Assembly: GCA_013215565.1 (NCBI GenBank)
Contig: JABSQV010000023.1
Coordinates: 111,442 to 175,441, forward strand
Origin: Myxococcales bacterium
Lineage (GTDB): Bacteria; Myxococcota_A; UBA9160; SZUA-336
Length of the DNA: 64,000 nucleotides
Reading direction: 5' to 3'
In this document: positions 50,565-60,854 of the stretch, piece after piece
How the letters are laid out: the number at the start of each line of letters is the position of its first letter
Position numbering within the stretch: the first letter of the stretch is position 1
Translations under genes and position numbers: made by a program
The notes under the pieces: model-generated
What the model was told of the DNA's origin: nothing
The model's input: only the letters and a program-made list of their open reading frames with translations
Database searches by the model: none

Positions 50565-51878
50565 TCAGGACCGCGCCTTCCAGACGCGGCCGTCCGGCCA
50601 GCGATAGGCCTCGAGACTCTCGGCCTTGATTTCGGCCCCGAGCCCCGGCCCGAGTGGTACGAGGTAGCGGCCGCCGCGCACGGCAGCGGGCTGGACGAAG
50701 TGCTCGTGCAGGTGGTCGGCGTACTCGGTGACCCGATGTTCGAGGCTGCCGCTCACGCAGACGTAGTCGAAGATCGAGAAATGCTGGACGTGCTCGCAGA
50801 GCCCGACCCCGCCCGCGTGCGGGCAGACCGGGACCCCGAAGCGCGCTGCGAGCAGCAACACCGCAATCACCTCGTTGATGCCGCCGAGCCGGCAGCCGTC
50901 GAGCTGCACGAAGTCGATCGCGTTCGCCTGCAGGAACTGCTTGAACACGATGCGGTTCTGGCAGTGCTCGCCGGTCGCGACCCCGATCGGGCGCACGGCG
51001 CGCGCGATCTGCGCGTGCCCGAGCACGTCGTCGGGACTCGTTGGCTCCTCGATCCACCAGGGGTCGAAGGCGGCGAGCTCGCGCATGGCCGCGATCGCCT
51101 CGTCGACCTCCCAGACCTGGTTCGCGTCGAGCATCAGCTTTCGTCCGGGCCCGATCTCCTCGCGGACTACGCGCGCCCGCCGCAGGTCGTCGTCCAGGTC
51201 GCGGCCCACCTTGATCTTGAAGCAGGTCCAGCCCGCGGCGATGCCCTCGCGGCAGAGTTCGCGGATCTTCTCGTCTGAGTATCCGAGCCAGCCTGCAGAG
51301 GTCAGGTAGGCCGGGTAGCCGTCCCGCCGGATCTCGGTCTCGCGTTCCGTGCGCCCCGGGAGCTTTTCTTCGAGGAGCGCCAACGCCTCGTCGGGCGTGA
51401 GCGCGTCGCGTATATACCTGAAGTCCACGGCGCGCACCAGCGCGTCGGGTGGCAGATCGCAGAGGTATTTCCAGAGGGGCTTTTCGCTGCGGCGCGCGAG
51501 CAGGTCCCAGGTGGCGTTCACGACCGCAGCGAGCCCGAGATGAATGGCACCCTTCTCGGGCCCGAGCCAGCGCAGTTGGCTGTCCCCGGCGAGACGACGC
51601 CAGAAAGCACCCGTATCCGCCTCGATCTCATCCAGCGCGAGGCCACAGACCAGCGGCCGAAACGCCTCGATCGCGGCCACGCAGACTTCGTTCCCGCGCC
51701 CGATCGTGAATGTCATTCCGTGTCCCTCGAGACCGGGCGTATCGGTCTCGAGACTCAGGTAGGCGGCGGAGTAGTCGGGGTCCGGATTCATCGCGTCCGA
51801 TCCGTCGAGGAAGTCGGAGGTCGGGAAGCGAATGTCGCGGACGCGGAAGCCCGTGATGCGCGCACTCACGGAGCGCAT
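50565..51878 (-). CDS. L-fuconate dehydratase-like enolase-superfamily enzyme (MR/MLE family)
   Basis: N-terminus ...ITGFRVRDIRFPTS... typical of FucD, with enolase-superfamily metal ligands (KIKVG..., LDANQ...). Confidence 0.8.
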   Translation of the reverse strand: MRSVSARITGFRVRDIRFPTSDFLDGSDAMNPDPDYSAAYLSLETDTPGLEGHGMTFTIGRGNEVCVAAIEAFRPLVCGLALDEIEADTGAFWRRLAGDSQLRWLGPEKGAIHLGLAAVVNATWDLLARRSEKPLWKYLCDLPPDALVRAVDFRYIRDALTPDEALALLEEKLPGRTERETEIRRDGYPAYLTSAGWLGYSDEKIRELCREGIAAGWTCFKIKVGRDLDDDLRRARVVREEIGPGRKLMLDANQVWEVDEAIAAMRELAAFDPWWIEEPTSPDDVLGHAQIARAVRPIGVATGEHCQNRIVFKQFLQANAIDFVQLDGCRLGGINEVIAVLLLAARFGVPVCPHAGGVGLCEHVQHFSIFDYVCVSGSLEHRVTEYADHLHEHFVQPAAVRGGRYLVPLGPGLGAEIKAESLEAYRWPDGRVWKARS

Positions 51879-51946
51879 CGTGGGAGGCGGGGCGAGTCTT
51901 TGTCAACGCGCGTGTTTCGGATAGAGTCGCGCTCGCCAGGAGAGCC

Positions 51947-52970
51947 CATGGATCCCGCCGGCCGAAGACGCATCGGTGAGACCGCGCTCGAGGTCACATC
52001 CCTCGGCATGGGCGGCGCAGCCATCGGAAACCTCTACGCGCCGGTCGCAGAGGAGACTGCGCTCGATGCGGTCGCGTCCGCACTCGAAGCAGAGCTCGGG
52101 TTCTTCGACACCGCGCCGCTCTACGGCTTCGGACTCAGCGAAGCGCGTCTCGGTCGCGTGCTCCGCGAACGCGCGCGACCGAGTTACGTATTGTCGACCA
52201 AGGTCGGGCGCCTGCTCGAAGAGCGCCCGTCCGGAGCTTCCGAGGACCCGGCGTTCGTTGACGCGTTGCCCTTCGAGGCGCGCTACGACTACTCCTACGA
52301 TGGAGTGATGCGCTCATTCGAGGAGAGCCTGTCCAGGCTCGGCACCGGGCGCATCGACATGCTCTTGCTCCACGACATCGGGCTGCTCACGCACGGCGAG
52401 TCCGCGCACGCCGCGCTTTTCGAGACGGCCATGGCCGGAGGATTCCGCGCGCTCGAGGAGTTGCGCCGAACCGGGGCGGTCGCAGCCGTGGGTCTCGGCG
52501 TGAACGAGAGCGCCGTGTGTTTCGAGGCGCTCCAGCGCGTGGCACTCGACTGCATTCTGCTCGCGGGCCGCTACACGCTGCTCGAACAGGGCGCACTCGA
52601 ACTCCTGCGGCTGTGTGAGGAGCGCGGTGTGTCGGTCGTGGTCGGGGGTCCCTACAACTCCGGACTCCTGGCGACAGAGGCCGGCTCCGGATCCAGCTAC
52701 GACTACCGCCCGGCGCCCGGGGCGGTGGTCGAGCGGGCACGGCGGATCGGCGCGGTCTGTGCCCGACACCGCGTTCCGCTCCAGGCGGCGGCGCTCCAGT
52801 TCCCGCTGAGGCACCGGGCAGTGGCTTCCGTGATCCCCGGCGCGCGTTCCCGCACGGAGCTGGAGCAGAACGCGGACTTCGTGCGTCACCCGATTCCAGA
52901 CGCGCTCTGGAGCGAACTCTGCGCGAACGGGTTGCTCGATCCGGGCGCGCCGACCGCGGAGTTCGCGTGA
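51947..52970 (+). CDS. aldo/keto reductase
   Basis: ...LGMGGAAIGN...FFDTAPLYG... AKR signatures. AGGAG SD before ATG 51947. The track ORF has a spurious 5' extension. Confidence 0.85.
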
Positions 52971-53824
52971 GTCCTGCCCGCGTCGATGCCCACCAGCACT
53001 TCTGGGAGCTCGCACGCGGCGACTATGCCTGGTTGACGCCGGAGCTCGAACCGCTTTATCGCGACTTTGGACCCGCAGACCTCGAGCCGTTGCTGCGCCA
53101 GGCGGACATCGAGGGCACGGTGCTGGTGCAGGCGGCCCCGACGCTGGCCGAGACGCGCTACCTGCTCGAGATCGCGGCACGTACGCCCTGGGTCGCCGGC
53201 GTCGTCGGCTGGGTGGACCTCGCAGCCCGGGACGTGGGGGAACAGCTCGAAGGGTTCTCCGACGCGCTGGCGCTTCGGGGGATCCGGCCGATGCTCCAGG
53301 ATCTGCCCGATCCGGACTGGATTCTCCGGCCCGAGGTGACGCGCGGCCTACGAGAGGTCGAAGCTCGAGGGCTCCGTTTCGACGCTCTGATCCGGCCCGA
53401 ACACCTGTCCCGTTTGCCGTGGCTCGTGGAGCGTCACCCCGAACTCCGGATCGTGATTGATCACGCGGCAAAGCCCGAAATCGAGAAGGGGGGCTTCGAG
53501 CCGTGGGCGCGCGAACTCGCGCGGGTCGCGCGCGGGACCGGGATCTGCTGCAAGCTCTCGGGCCTGGTGACGGAGGCGGGCGCCGGCTGGTCGGTCGAAG
53601 CTCTGCGTCGCTACGTCGACCTTCTGCTCGAGAGCTTCGGGCCGGAGCGACTGCTCTGGGGCAGCGACTGGCCCGTCGTCGAAACTGCGCGCGGCTTTCG
53701 CGAGTGGCGGCGAGCGACCGAAATCCTGCTCGAGCCGCTCGCGGCGCACGAACGCGCAGCGATCCTGGGTGGGAGCGCGGTCGAATTCTATGCGCTCGAG
53801 ATCACCGAGGAGCTGGGCGAGTGA
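52967..53824 (+). CDS. amidohydrolase-2 family lactonase (L-fucono-1,5-lactonase-like)
   Basis: ...VDAHQHFWE...IDHAAKP.... ATGA overlap with the AKR gene. Confidence 0.7.
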   Translation: MSPARVDAHQHFWELARGDYAWLTPELEPLYRDFGPADLEPLLRQADIEGTVLVQAAPTLAETRYLLEIAARTPWVAGVVGWVDLAARDVGEQLEGFSDALALRGIRPMLQDLPDPDWILRPEVTRGLREVEARGLRFDALIRPEHLSRLPWLVERHPELRIVIDHAAKPEIEKGGFEPWARELARVARGTGICCKLSGLVTEAGAGWSVEALRRYVDLLLESFGPERLLWGSDWPVVETARGFREWRRATEILLEPLAAHERAAILGGSAVEFYALEITEELGE

Positions 53825-53827
53825 AAC

Positions 53828-54973
53828 TCAGGCGATCGCCTTCTCCTCTCGCAGCTTCTCGATCTCGGCGGTCGAGAAGCCCCAGTCGGACAGCGCCTCC
53901 TTGGTGTGCTCACCCGGGAGCGCGGGCGGCCGGTCGAGATCGGGAGCAGTGCGGCTGAAGCGCGGAGCCGGTCCGGGCTGAATCACCCCCTCGACGTTGC
54001 GGAAGGCGTTGCGCGCGACCGCGTGTGGGTGCTCGGGCGCCTCCGACAATGTCAGCACCGGCGCAAAGCAGACGTCGCTGCCCTCCATGATCTCGCACCA
54101 CTCGTCGCGCGTGCGGGTGCGGAAGATCGCCGCGAGCCGTTCCTTCATCTCGGACCAGTGCGAGCGGTCGTTCTGGTTCGGCAAATCCTCCGCAGCCAGG
54201 CCCGAGTGCTCGACCAGGAGCTTGTAGAACTGCGGCTCGATCGCCCCCACCGAGACGTACTTTCCGTCCTTGGTTTCGTAGGTCTCGTAGAAGTGGGCGC
54301 CCGTGTCGAGCATGTTGACCCCGCGCTCGTCGTGCCACCAGCCCGAAGAGTGCGCGCCGAAAATGATGGCCATGAGCGCCGCCACGCCGTCTACCATTGC
54401 GGCGTCGACCACCTGGCCCTGGCCCGAGCGGTCGCGTTCGACCAGGGCACACACGATTCCGAAGGCCAACAGCATGCCTCCACCGCCGAAGTCTCCGACG
54501 AGGTTGAGCGGCGGAACCGGGTTTTCACCTTTGCGCCCGATTGCGTGCAGCGCGCCCGCGAGCGCGATGTAGTTGATGTCGTGGCCGGCGGCCTGCGCGA
54601 GCGGCCCCTCCTGGCCCCACCCCGTCATGCGGCCGTAGACGAGCCGTGGGTTCCGTTCGAGACAGACCTCGGGACCGAGCCCGAGCCTCTCGGTAACGCC
54701 GGGCCGGAAGCCCTCGTAAAGCACGTCTGCCTTTTCGGCCAGGCGCAGGACCGTTTCGATGCCGGCCGGACTTTTGAGATCGACGGCGACGCTGCGTCGG
54801 CCGCGGCCCAGGATGTCGGCGCGCGGGCCGTCCGGAAAGGAGCCGCCGGCCGCGTTCACGCGGTCGATGCGAAGCAACTCGGCGCCCATGTCCGAGAGCA
54901 TCATGCCGCAGAACGGACCGGGTCCGATCCCGGCGAGTTCGATGATCTTCACTCCAGCCAGCGGTCCCGCCAT
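53828..54973 (-). CDS. CoA-transferase family III (CaiB/BaiF-like)
   Basis: ...[26 protein letters not shown]... with the conserved Asp region. Confidence 0.85.
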   Translation of the reverse strand: MAGPLAGVKIIELAGIGPGPFCGMMLSDMGAELLRIDRVNAAGGSFPDGPRADILGRGRRSVAVDLKSPAGIETVLRLAEKADVLYEGFRPGVTERLGLGPEVCLERNPRLVYGRMTGWGQEGPLAQAAGHDINYIALAGALHAIGRKGENPVPPLNLVGDFGGGGMLLAFGIVCALVERDRSGQGQVVDAAMVDGVAALMAIIFGAHSSGWWHDERGVNMLDTGAHFYETYETKDGKYVSVGAIEPQFYKLLVEHSGLAAEDLPNQNDRSHWSEMKERLAAIFRTRTRDEWCEIMEGSDVCFAPVLTLSEAPEHPHAVARNAFRNVEGVIQPGPAPRFSRTAPDLDRPPALPGEHTKEALSDWGFSTAEIEKLREEKAIA

Positions 54974-55138
54974 CGTTCCTCCTCGCTTCGGGTGGGGGCC
55001 AAGGATACACCGCAGCGCCGCGACCGGGTCAGCACGGCGCGGGGCGCCTCGTCCATACTCGCCGCTCGAGCAGGCTCCCGCGTGCGCTTCCAGAGCGAGG
55101 TCGCGTCCGAGTCTCGCTGAGCCCGGCTACGCCTGGGC

Positions 55139-56044
55139 TCAGCGATCGTCCAGCAGCGTCTGCGTGCGCTGTCGCCGCTTCATGCTGGCTTGCATGTGCT
55201 GCTGGAGCTCGCGCACGCGCGGGTCGTTCGGGTCGGGATCGGCTTGCGTCCGCGCGTCGCGCAGGCCGCCGTCGATGATCAGGTAGGAGCCGGTCATGAA
55301 TTCGCCGTCGGGCCCGCACAGAAACGCGACCAGTCCGCCGATGTCCTCGGGCCGGCCGACGCGCCCGACGGGCGTCCGCTGCTCGACCGAGGCCCGGATC
55401 GCACCCCCCTCGTCTCCGGCCAGCGCGTGTGCGAGCGGGGTATCGATAATCCCGGGACCGATCGCGTTGACGGTGATCCCGTATGGGCCGAGTTCCTGGG
55501 CCCAGCCGCGAACCATGATCCGCACCCCGGCTTTGGTGGCCGAGTAGCCCCAGATCGAGGCGCCGGTGTTGGCGGCCGCGAGCGAGGCCATGCACACGAT
55601 CCGGCCGCCGTGTCCGAGTTCGACCATGCGGCGCGCCGCTGCCTGCACGCTCAGGAACACCCCGGTCAGGTTCACGTCGAGCTGGTCCTGCCAGTCCTTG
55701 AGCGCGAACTCGAGGATCGAGCCTCCGCGCGCGATCCCGGCGTTGGCCACGGCGAAGTCGAGCCGGCCCAGGCCCGAGACGCAGGCCGAGACCGCGTCCA
55801 GGACTTGCGGCTCGGACGCCACGTTGGCGCGGACCACGAGCGCCTTTCTTCCCGCCTTCCGGACCAGCTCCCCGGTCTCCTCCGCGGCTTCGAGATCCAT
55901 GTCCGAGACGCAGACGTCGGCGCCGTCCTGCGCGAGGCGGAGCGCGACTCCGCGCCCGATCCCCGAGCCGCCGCCCGTGATGAACGCCACCTTGCCCTCG
56001 AAGTTCGCCACGGCCCGCCTCCCGTCCGTTTCGCCCACGCCCAT
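55139..56044 (-). CDS. SDR family oxidoreductase
   Basis: ...GKVAFITGGGSGIGRG..., NAG, and YSATKAG. Start is uncertain (ATG 56044, GTG 56038 or TTG 56071). Confidence 0.8.
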   Translation of the reverse strand: MGVGETDGRRAVANFEGKVAFITGGGSGIGRGVALRLAQDGADVCVSDMDLEAAEETGELVRKAGRKALVVRANVASEPQVLDAVSACVSGLGRLDFAVANAGIARGGSILEFALKDWQDQLDVNLTGVFLSVQAAARRMVELGHGGRIVCMASLAAANTGASIWGYSATKAGVRIMVRGWAQELGPYGITVNAIGPGIIDTPLAHALAGDEGGAIRASVEQRTPVGRVGRPEDIGGLVAFLCGPDGEFMTGSYLIIDGGLRDARTQADPDPNDPRVRELQQHMQASMKRRQRTQTLLDDR

Positions 56045-56117
56045 CCTCCGTGCGGGGCGGGAAAGCGTCAACTCGGGGGCGGCGGCCGGGGGCCGGGTGC
56101 GGTATCAAGGTCCCGTG

Positions 56118-57296
56118 GATCCGGGACAGCGCAGCGAGATCAACCGGGACGTCGAACCCGTCTACGAGGGCGAGTTCGCTGCGGTCCGGGTCGGGCCGAT
56201 TGCGGTCTCGCCCCCGGTGGTGCTGGCGCCCATGGCAGGCGTGACGAACGCGCCGTTCCGCAGGCTCTGCCGCGGTTTCGGGGCTGCGCTCTACGTGAGC
56301 GAGATGATCACGGCCCGGGGCCTCGTCGAGGGGCACGCGAAGACGCGGAAGCTCGCGGGCTTCGCCCCGGATGAGACGCCGCGCAGCCTTCAGCTCTACG
56401 GGACCGACCCTCACTACACGGCCGAGGCCGTACGGCGCCTGGTGGGCGAGGGGGCTGTCGACCATCTGGACCTCAACTTCGGGTGCCCCGTGCGCAAGGT
56501 CACGCGCAGGGGCGGGGGCGCGGCGATCCCGCTCAAGCGGGCGCTGCTTCGCAACATCGTCCGCGCGGCCGTGCACGCCGCGGGTGCGGTACCGGTGACG
56601 ATCAAGTTCCGAATCGGGATCGATGACGATCACCCCACCTTTCTGGAGACCGGACGGATTGCGGAAGGGGAGGGCTGTGCGGCCGTGGCCCTACACGCGC
56701 GCACCGCGGCGCAACTCTACGACGGCGAGGCGCGCTGGTCGGCGATCCGCGAACTGGCGGACGCCGTCGATACGATCCCGGTCTTCGGTAACGGAGACGT
56801 CTGGGAGGCCTGGGACGCGGTACGCCTGTTGCGTGAGACCGGGTGCGACGGAGTTGTGGTCGGCCGCGGCTGTCTGGGTCGGCCCTGGCTGTTTCGCGAT
56901 CTCGCACGAGTCTTCTCGGGACGGGAGCCGGAGCCCCCGCCGAACCTCGGAGAGGTGATCGACGTCATGCGTGATCACGCTCGTCTACTTGCCGAGTGGT
57001 TCGGCGAGAGCTACGGGCTGCGGAGTTTTCGGAAGCACGCCGGCTGGTACACGAAGGGGTTTCGCGGAAGCGCGTCGCTGCGCGTGCGACTCGTCTCGGT
57101 CTCGAGCCTGGACGAACTCGAGCGCACGCTCGAGGGTCTCGATCGGCACGAGCCGTTCCCGCGCTCGGCGCTGCGCGTGAGTCGGGGCAAGAGCGCGGGC
57201 ACGCAGACCGTCGCGCTGCCCCCGGGCTACCTGGATGACCTGGAAGACCCGACGCCACCGCCCGCGGAGGCCGAAGCACTGCTCTCGGGGGGCTAG
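56118..57296 (+). CDS. dus: tRNA-dihydrouridine synthase
   Basis: ...PVVLAPMAGVTNAPFRRLCR...DLNFGCPVRKV...IKFRIG.... Start codon uncertain (GTG 56118 or 56097); C-terminal extension of about 60 aa. Confidence 0.8.
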   Translation, partial: DPGQRSEINRDVEPVYEGEFAAVRVGPIAVSPPVVLAPMAGVTNAPFRRLCRGFGAALYVSEMITARGLVEGHAKTRKLAGFAPDETPRSLQLYGTDPHYTAEAVRRLVGEGAVDHLDLNFGCPVRKVTRRGGGAAIPLKRALLRNIVRAAVHAAGAVPVTIKFRIGIDDDHPTFLETGRIAEGEGCAAVALHARTAAQLYDGEARWSAIRELADAVDTIPVFGNGDVWEAWDAVRLLRETGCDGVVVGRGCLGRPWLFRDLARVFSGREPEPPPNLGEVIDVMRDHARLLAEWFGESYGLRSFRKHAGWYTKGFRGSASLRVRLVSVSSLDELERTLEGLDRHEPFPRSALRVSRGKSAGTQTVALPPGYLDDLEDPTPPPAEAEALLSGG

Positions 57297-57314
57297 GATG
57301 CCAGCGCGGCAGGG

Positions 57315-58421
57315 ATGTTCGCGTCGAACGGCCGACTGGCGCATGATCTCCCAAATCCTGGAGGCACAGAGCGCTTGAGCGAGATTCGGCTCACACAGCT
57401 CGTCCCGGCCGGCGGCTGAGCCCGCAAGCTCGGAGCCGAGGACCTGGTTCAGGTCCTGCGTCGGGTCGCTCCCTTCGATCATCCATGGGTCGATGCTGCG
57501 GTCGCTCCCATGGAGGATGCGGCACTGCTGCGTCCGCCCGATGGCGCAGCCCTCGTCTTCACAGTCGATTTCATCACGCCGATCGTGGACGAGCCCGAGA
57601 TCTACGGTGCGATCTCGGCCGCGAATGCGCTCTCGGACGTGTACGCGATGGGGGGCGAGCCGCAGGTCGCGCTCGCGATCTGTGGCTTCCCGGAGGACGA
57701 GTTGCCCCACGAGATTCTCGCGCGCATCTTCCGCGGCGGACGCGACAAGGCGGCGGAGGCAAACTGCGCGATCGTCGGCGGCCACACCGTGATCGACCCG
57801 GAACTCAAGTACGGGCTCTGCGTCATCGGTCGGGTGGACCCGGGGCGCGAACTGACCCAGGCGGGAGCGCGGCCCGGCGACCGGCTCGTCCTGACCAAGG
57901 CGATCGGAACCGGGATCGCGGCGCAGGCGATCAAGAGCGGTGTGCTTTCCGCGAAAGACCGTGCTTGCGCGATCGAGTCGATGATGACCCTCAATCGCGG
58001 CGCGAAGGACGCGGCCCTCGCCGCCGGGGTTCGGGCGGCCACCGACGTGACCGGCTTCGGCCTGCTCGGACACCTGCATCAGCTCGCGCTCGCTTCGGGC
58101 CTGGGTGCGCGCGTCGACGGCGCTCGGGTTCCGCTGTTTCCCTTCGCGCGCGAACTTGCCGAGAAGGGCCAGGTGCCGGGTGGCACGAAGCGAAACCTGG
58201 CATACGTCGAGCCTCACCTCCGCTGGGATGGCCCGGTCGCGGAACACGAGCGGCTGCTGCTCTGCGATGCGCAGACCTCGGGCGGGCTCCTGCTCGCGGT
58301 TCCCGCGGAGGGAGAGCGCACCCTGCTCGACGAACTCGAACGCGCCGGCGTTGGCAGCTTCGCCTCGATCGGTGAACTGGTCGAGAGCACGCCGGGCGGA
58401 ATCGAGGTCGGGGGCGTCTGA
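57315..58421 (+). CDS. selD: selenide, water dikinase (selenophosphate synthetase), selenocysteine-containing; in-frame TGA (Sec) at 57417-57419
   Basis: The track shows only the 57510.. fragment. The same frame extended upstream gives MFASNGRLAHDLPNPGGTERLSEIRLTQLVPAGG-U-ARKLGAEDLVQ.... This aligns with the E. coli SelD N-terminus [21 protein letters not shown], with TGA at the essential Cys17 position. Downstream core ...TVDFITPIVD...AMGG...VTGFGLLGHL... is canonical. Confidence 0.85.
57432..57472 (+). promoter_or_regulatory. SECIS-like stem-loop downstream of the selD UGA
   Basis: AGGACCU-GGUUC-AGGUCCU perfect 7-bp stem (57439-57445 with 57451-57457), G/U-containing apical loop, flanked by GGAGC...GCUCC. 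Begins about 19 nt after the UGA. Confidence 0.5.
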
Positions 58422-58550
58422 AGCGGATCCAGCGCGGGTGCGGGTCGGCCGACCCGCGACGCTGCCCGACCAGGCCGGCAGTCGATCGAACGCGCGGCCC
58501 CTGATAGGATCGGCCGGCTGGCGGCGGCTCGCCGCCCAGAGGAGAAGCGC

Positions 58551-59729
58551 ATGGCCGACCGGGCACAGATTCAGGGAGCGTGTGACCCGCGCTTCGAGCG
58601 CGTACGCGAGGCCTTCGAGAAGAACTTTCGCGACTCCGAAGGGACCGAAGGCGGAGAGGTTGGAGCCGCGGTTGCGGTCGTGCTCGACAACCGGCCGGTC
58701 GTCGATCTGTGGGGCGGCTTTGCGGATGCCGGGCGAACGCGTCCCTGGGAACCCGATACGATCGTGAACGTCTACTCGACCACCAAGGGAATGACGGCGC
58801 TGTGTGCGCACCGTCTCGTCGAGCAGGGACGGCTGGATCCGGATGCCCCGGTTGCCGACTACTGGCCCGAGTTCGCCCAGGCCGGCAAGGGCAGCCTGCC
58901 GGTCTCGTACCTGCTCTCGCATCGGGCCGGGCTTCCGGCGGTTCGTAAGCCGCTTCCCACGACCGCGCTGGCCGACTGGGAGTTGATGACGAGCGCGCTT
59001 GCGGAGCAGGAGCCCTGGTGGGAGCCCGGGACCAAGCATGGCTACCACGCGCTCACCTTCGGATACCTGGTCGGCGAGGTGGTGCGGCGCATCGACGGGC
59101 GTAGCCTCGGAACCTATTTCAGGGAGGAGTTGGCCGAGCCTCTCGGCGTCGATTTCCACATCGGCCTCGGTCCCGAGCACGATGCGCGCGTCGCCGACAT
59201 GCTGCCCGCGCCGGAGCCTCCGGCGAGCGCCCCGAACCCGTTCGCCGACATGGCGAAGGACCCGGAGTCGATGGCTTCGAAGGCCTTCAACAATCCCGGA
59301 ACCGGTCCCGGCACCGTGAATACGCGCGCGTGGCGCGGGGCCGAGATTCCGGCCGGTAACGGTCACGGCGATGCGCGCGGGCTCGCGCGCGTCTACGGCG
59401 CACTGGCCGTGGAGGGCGAGGTGGACGGCATCCACGTGCTCGGTACCGAGGCGCGCGATCGCGCGATCAGCGAGCAGGCGAACGGGCCCGATGCGGTGCT
59501 CTTCGGGATGCCGATGCGCTTCGGGCTGGGCTTCTTCCTGACGCAGCCGATGATCCCGCTCGGACCGAACCCGCGTGCCTTCGGTCATCCCGGCGCCGGC
59601 GGCTCGATCGCCTTTGCGGATCCGGACGCGAAACTCGCGTTTGCCTACGTGATGAACCAGATGCAGATGGGCCTGGCCGGCGACGCGCGCGGCTTCGGGT
59701 TGATCGAGTCCGTCTACGACGCACTCTAG
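58551..59729 (+). CDS. serine hydrolase (beta-lactamase/transpeptidase-like fold; esterase family VIII-like)
   Basis: ...VNVYSTTKGMTALCA... (S-x-x-K). Confidence 0.8.
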   Translation: MADRAQIQGACDPRFERVREAFEKNFRDSEGTEGGEVGAAVAVVLDNRPVVDLWGGFADAGRTRPWEPDTIVNVYSTTKGMTALCAHRLVEQGRLDPDAPVADYWPEFAQAGKGSLPVSYLLSHRAGLPAVRKPLPTTALADWELMTSALAEQEPWWEPGTKHGYHALTFGYLVGEVVRRIDGRSLGTYFREELAEPLGVDFHIGLGPEHDARVADMLPAPEPPASAPNPFADMAKDPESMASKAFNNPGTGPGTVNTRAWRGAEIPAGNGHGDARGLARVYGALAVEGEVDGIHVLGTEARDRAISEQANGPDAVLFGMPMRFGLGFFLTQPMIPLGPNPRAFGHPGAGGSIAFADPDAKLAFAYVMNQMQMGLAGDARGFGLIESVYDAL

Positions 59730-59771
59730 CGTCCTGCGCCGTAGCAGCGCGTAGCGCGGGGGCCATTTCGA

Positions 59772-60854
59772 GTGAGCGGAAAATGCGGATCGGGTGTCCT
59801 GAGACCGGCGCTGTACGCGTTGCCGCTGCTGCTCGGCCTGGGCTCCGCCTGCTCCCAGGCTCCGAGCGACGCGCCGGTCCCGAGGTCGCAGGTTCGACTC
59901 AAGGTGCAGTCGGCCTTCAGCTTCAACCAGCCGGTCCTCGGCGAGAGCGCCCAGCACCTCGCAGAAATCATCGAGTCGATGGGCCGGGACGACATCCGAC
60001 TCCGCGTCTACGACGCGGACAAGTTGGTCCCGCCGCTCCAGATCTTCGACGCGGTCACGGCGGGCTTTCTCGATGCCGGGTATTCGTGGCCCGTCTACTG
60101 GATGGGGAAAATTCCGGCGATCACGCTCTTTGGGGCGGTGCCCTTCGGCCCGGAGGCGGGCGAGTTTCTCGCGTGGGTCCAGCAGGGGGAAGGCCTCGCG
60201 CTCTGGCGCGAACTCTACGCGCGACACGGCGCAGTTCCGGTCCCGTGCGGAGTGCTGCCGCCCGAAGCGTCGGGCTGGTTCGCGAGCCCGATCTACGAAC
60301 TCTCGGACCTCGAGGGCCTGAAGATTCGCTTCGCCGGACTCGGGGGGGAGGTGCTCCGAAAGCTCGGGGCTTCGGTCACGATGCTGGCGGGCGGAGACAT
60401 CTTTCCGAGTCTGGAGCGCGGCGTGCTCGACGCAACCGAATACTCGATGCCCGCCGTCGATCGCGCGCTCGGGTTCTACAAGGTCGCGAAACACTACTAC
60501 TTTCCCGGTTGGCATCAGCCGTCTTCGATTCTCGAGTTGATCGTGAACAAGCAGGTGTGGGACGGGATGTCGCCGGAGCAGCGCGCCTTCATCGAGACCG
60601 CGTGTAACGCGAACATCATCTGGAGCATGACCCGAGGCCTCGCGCTTCAGGGCGATGCGATCGCCTATCTGGAAGCGCAGGGGGTGGTGCTGCACAGTTG
60701 GCCCCCGGAGATCCTGGAGCGATTCCGAGAACTGTCTCTCGAGGTTCTGGCGGAGGCGTCTGCCGAGGACCCGGATTTTGCCCGCGTGCTCGCCTCGCAG
60801 GAGGCGTTCCGGGCCGAGCATGCCCGGTGGGCTTCGATCGCCTACCAGCGGTGA
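59772..60854 (+). CDS. dctP: TRAP transporter substrate-binding protein (DctP family)
   Basis: Signal/lipoprotein N-terminus (LLLGLGSACS) and DctP-family fold. Confidence 0.8.
   Translation: MSGKCGSGVLRPALYALPLLLGLGSACSQAPSDAPVPRSQVRLKVQSAFSFNQPVLGESAQHLAEIIESMGRDDIRLRVYDADKLVPPLQIFDAVTAGFLDAGYSWPVYWMGKIPAITLFGAVPFGPEAGEFLAWVQQGEGLALWRELYARHGAVPVPCGVLPPEASGWFASPIYELSDLEGLKIRFAGLGGEVLRKLGASVTMLAGGDIFPSLERGVLDATEYSMPAVDRALGFYKVAKHYYFPGWHQPSSILELIVNKQVWDGMSPEQRAFIETACNANIIWSMTRGLALQGDAIAYLEAQGVVLHSWPPEILERFRELSLEVLAEASAEDPDFARVLASQEAFRAEHARWASIAYQR

Noticed and set aside
55029-56633. 534-aa minus-strand ORF overlapping the SDR and dus
   Set aside because: Arg/Gly-rich artefact. The SDR (minus) and dus (plus) give clean family matches in their own frames.
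57510-58421. Truncated SelD ORF starting at MEDAALL
   Set aside because: It lacks the conserved N-terminal active-site loop. Replaced by the UGA-read-through model starting at 57315.
56985-60821. 1278-aa minus-strand ORF covering selD, the serine hydrolase and dctP
   Set aside because: It is striking only by length. The composition (RRLRQNLERQ..., Arg 15-20%) and absence of any domain signature mark it as a high-GC antisense artefact, while all three sense-strand genes are strongly supported.
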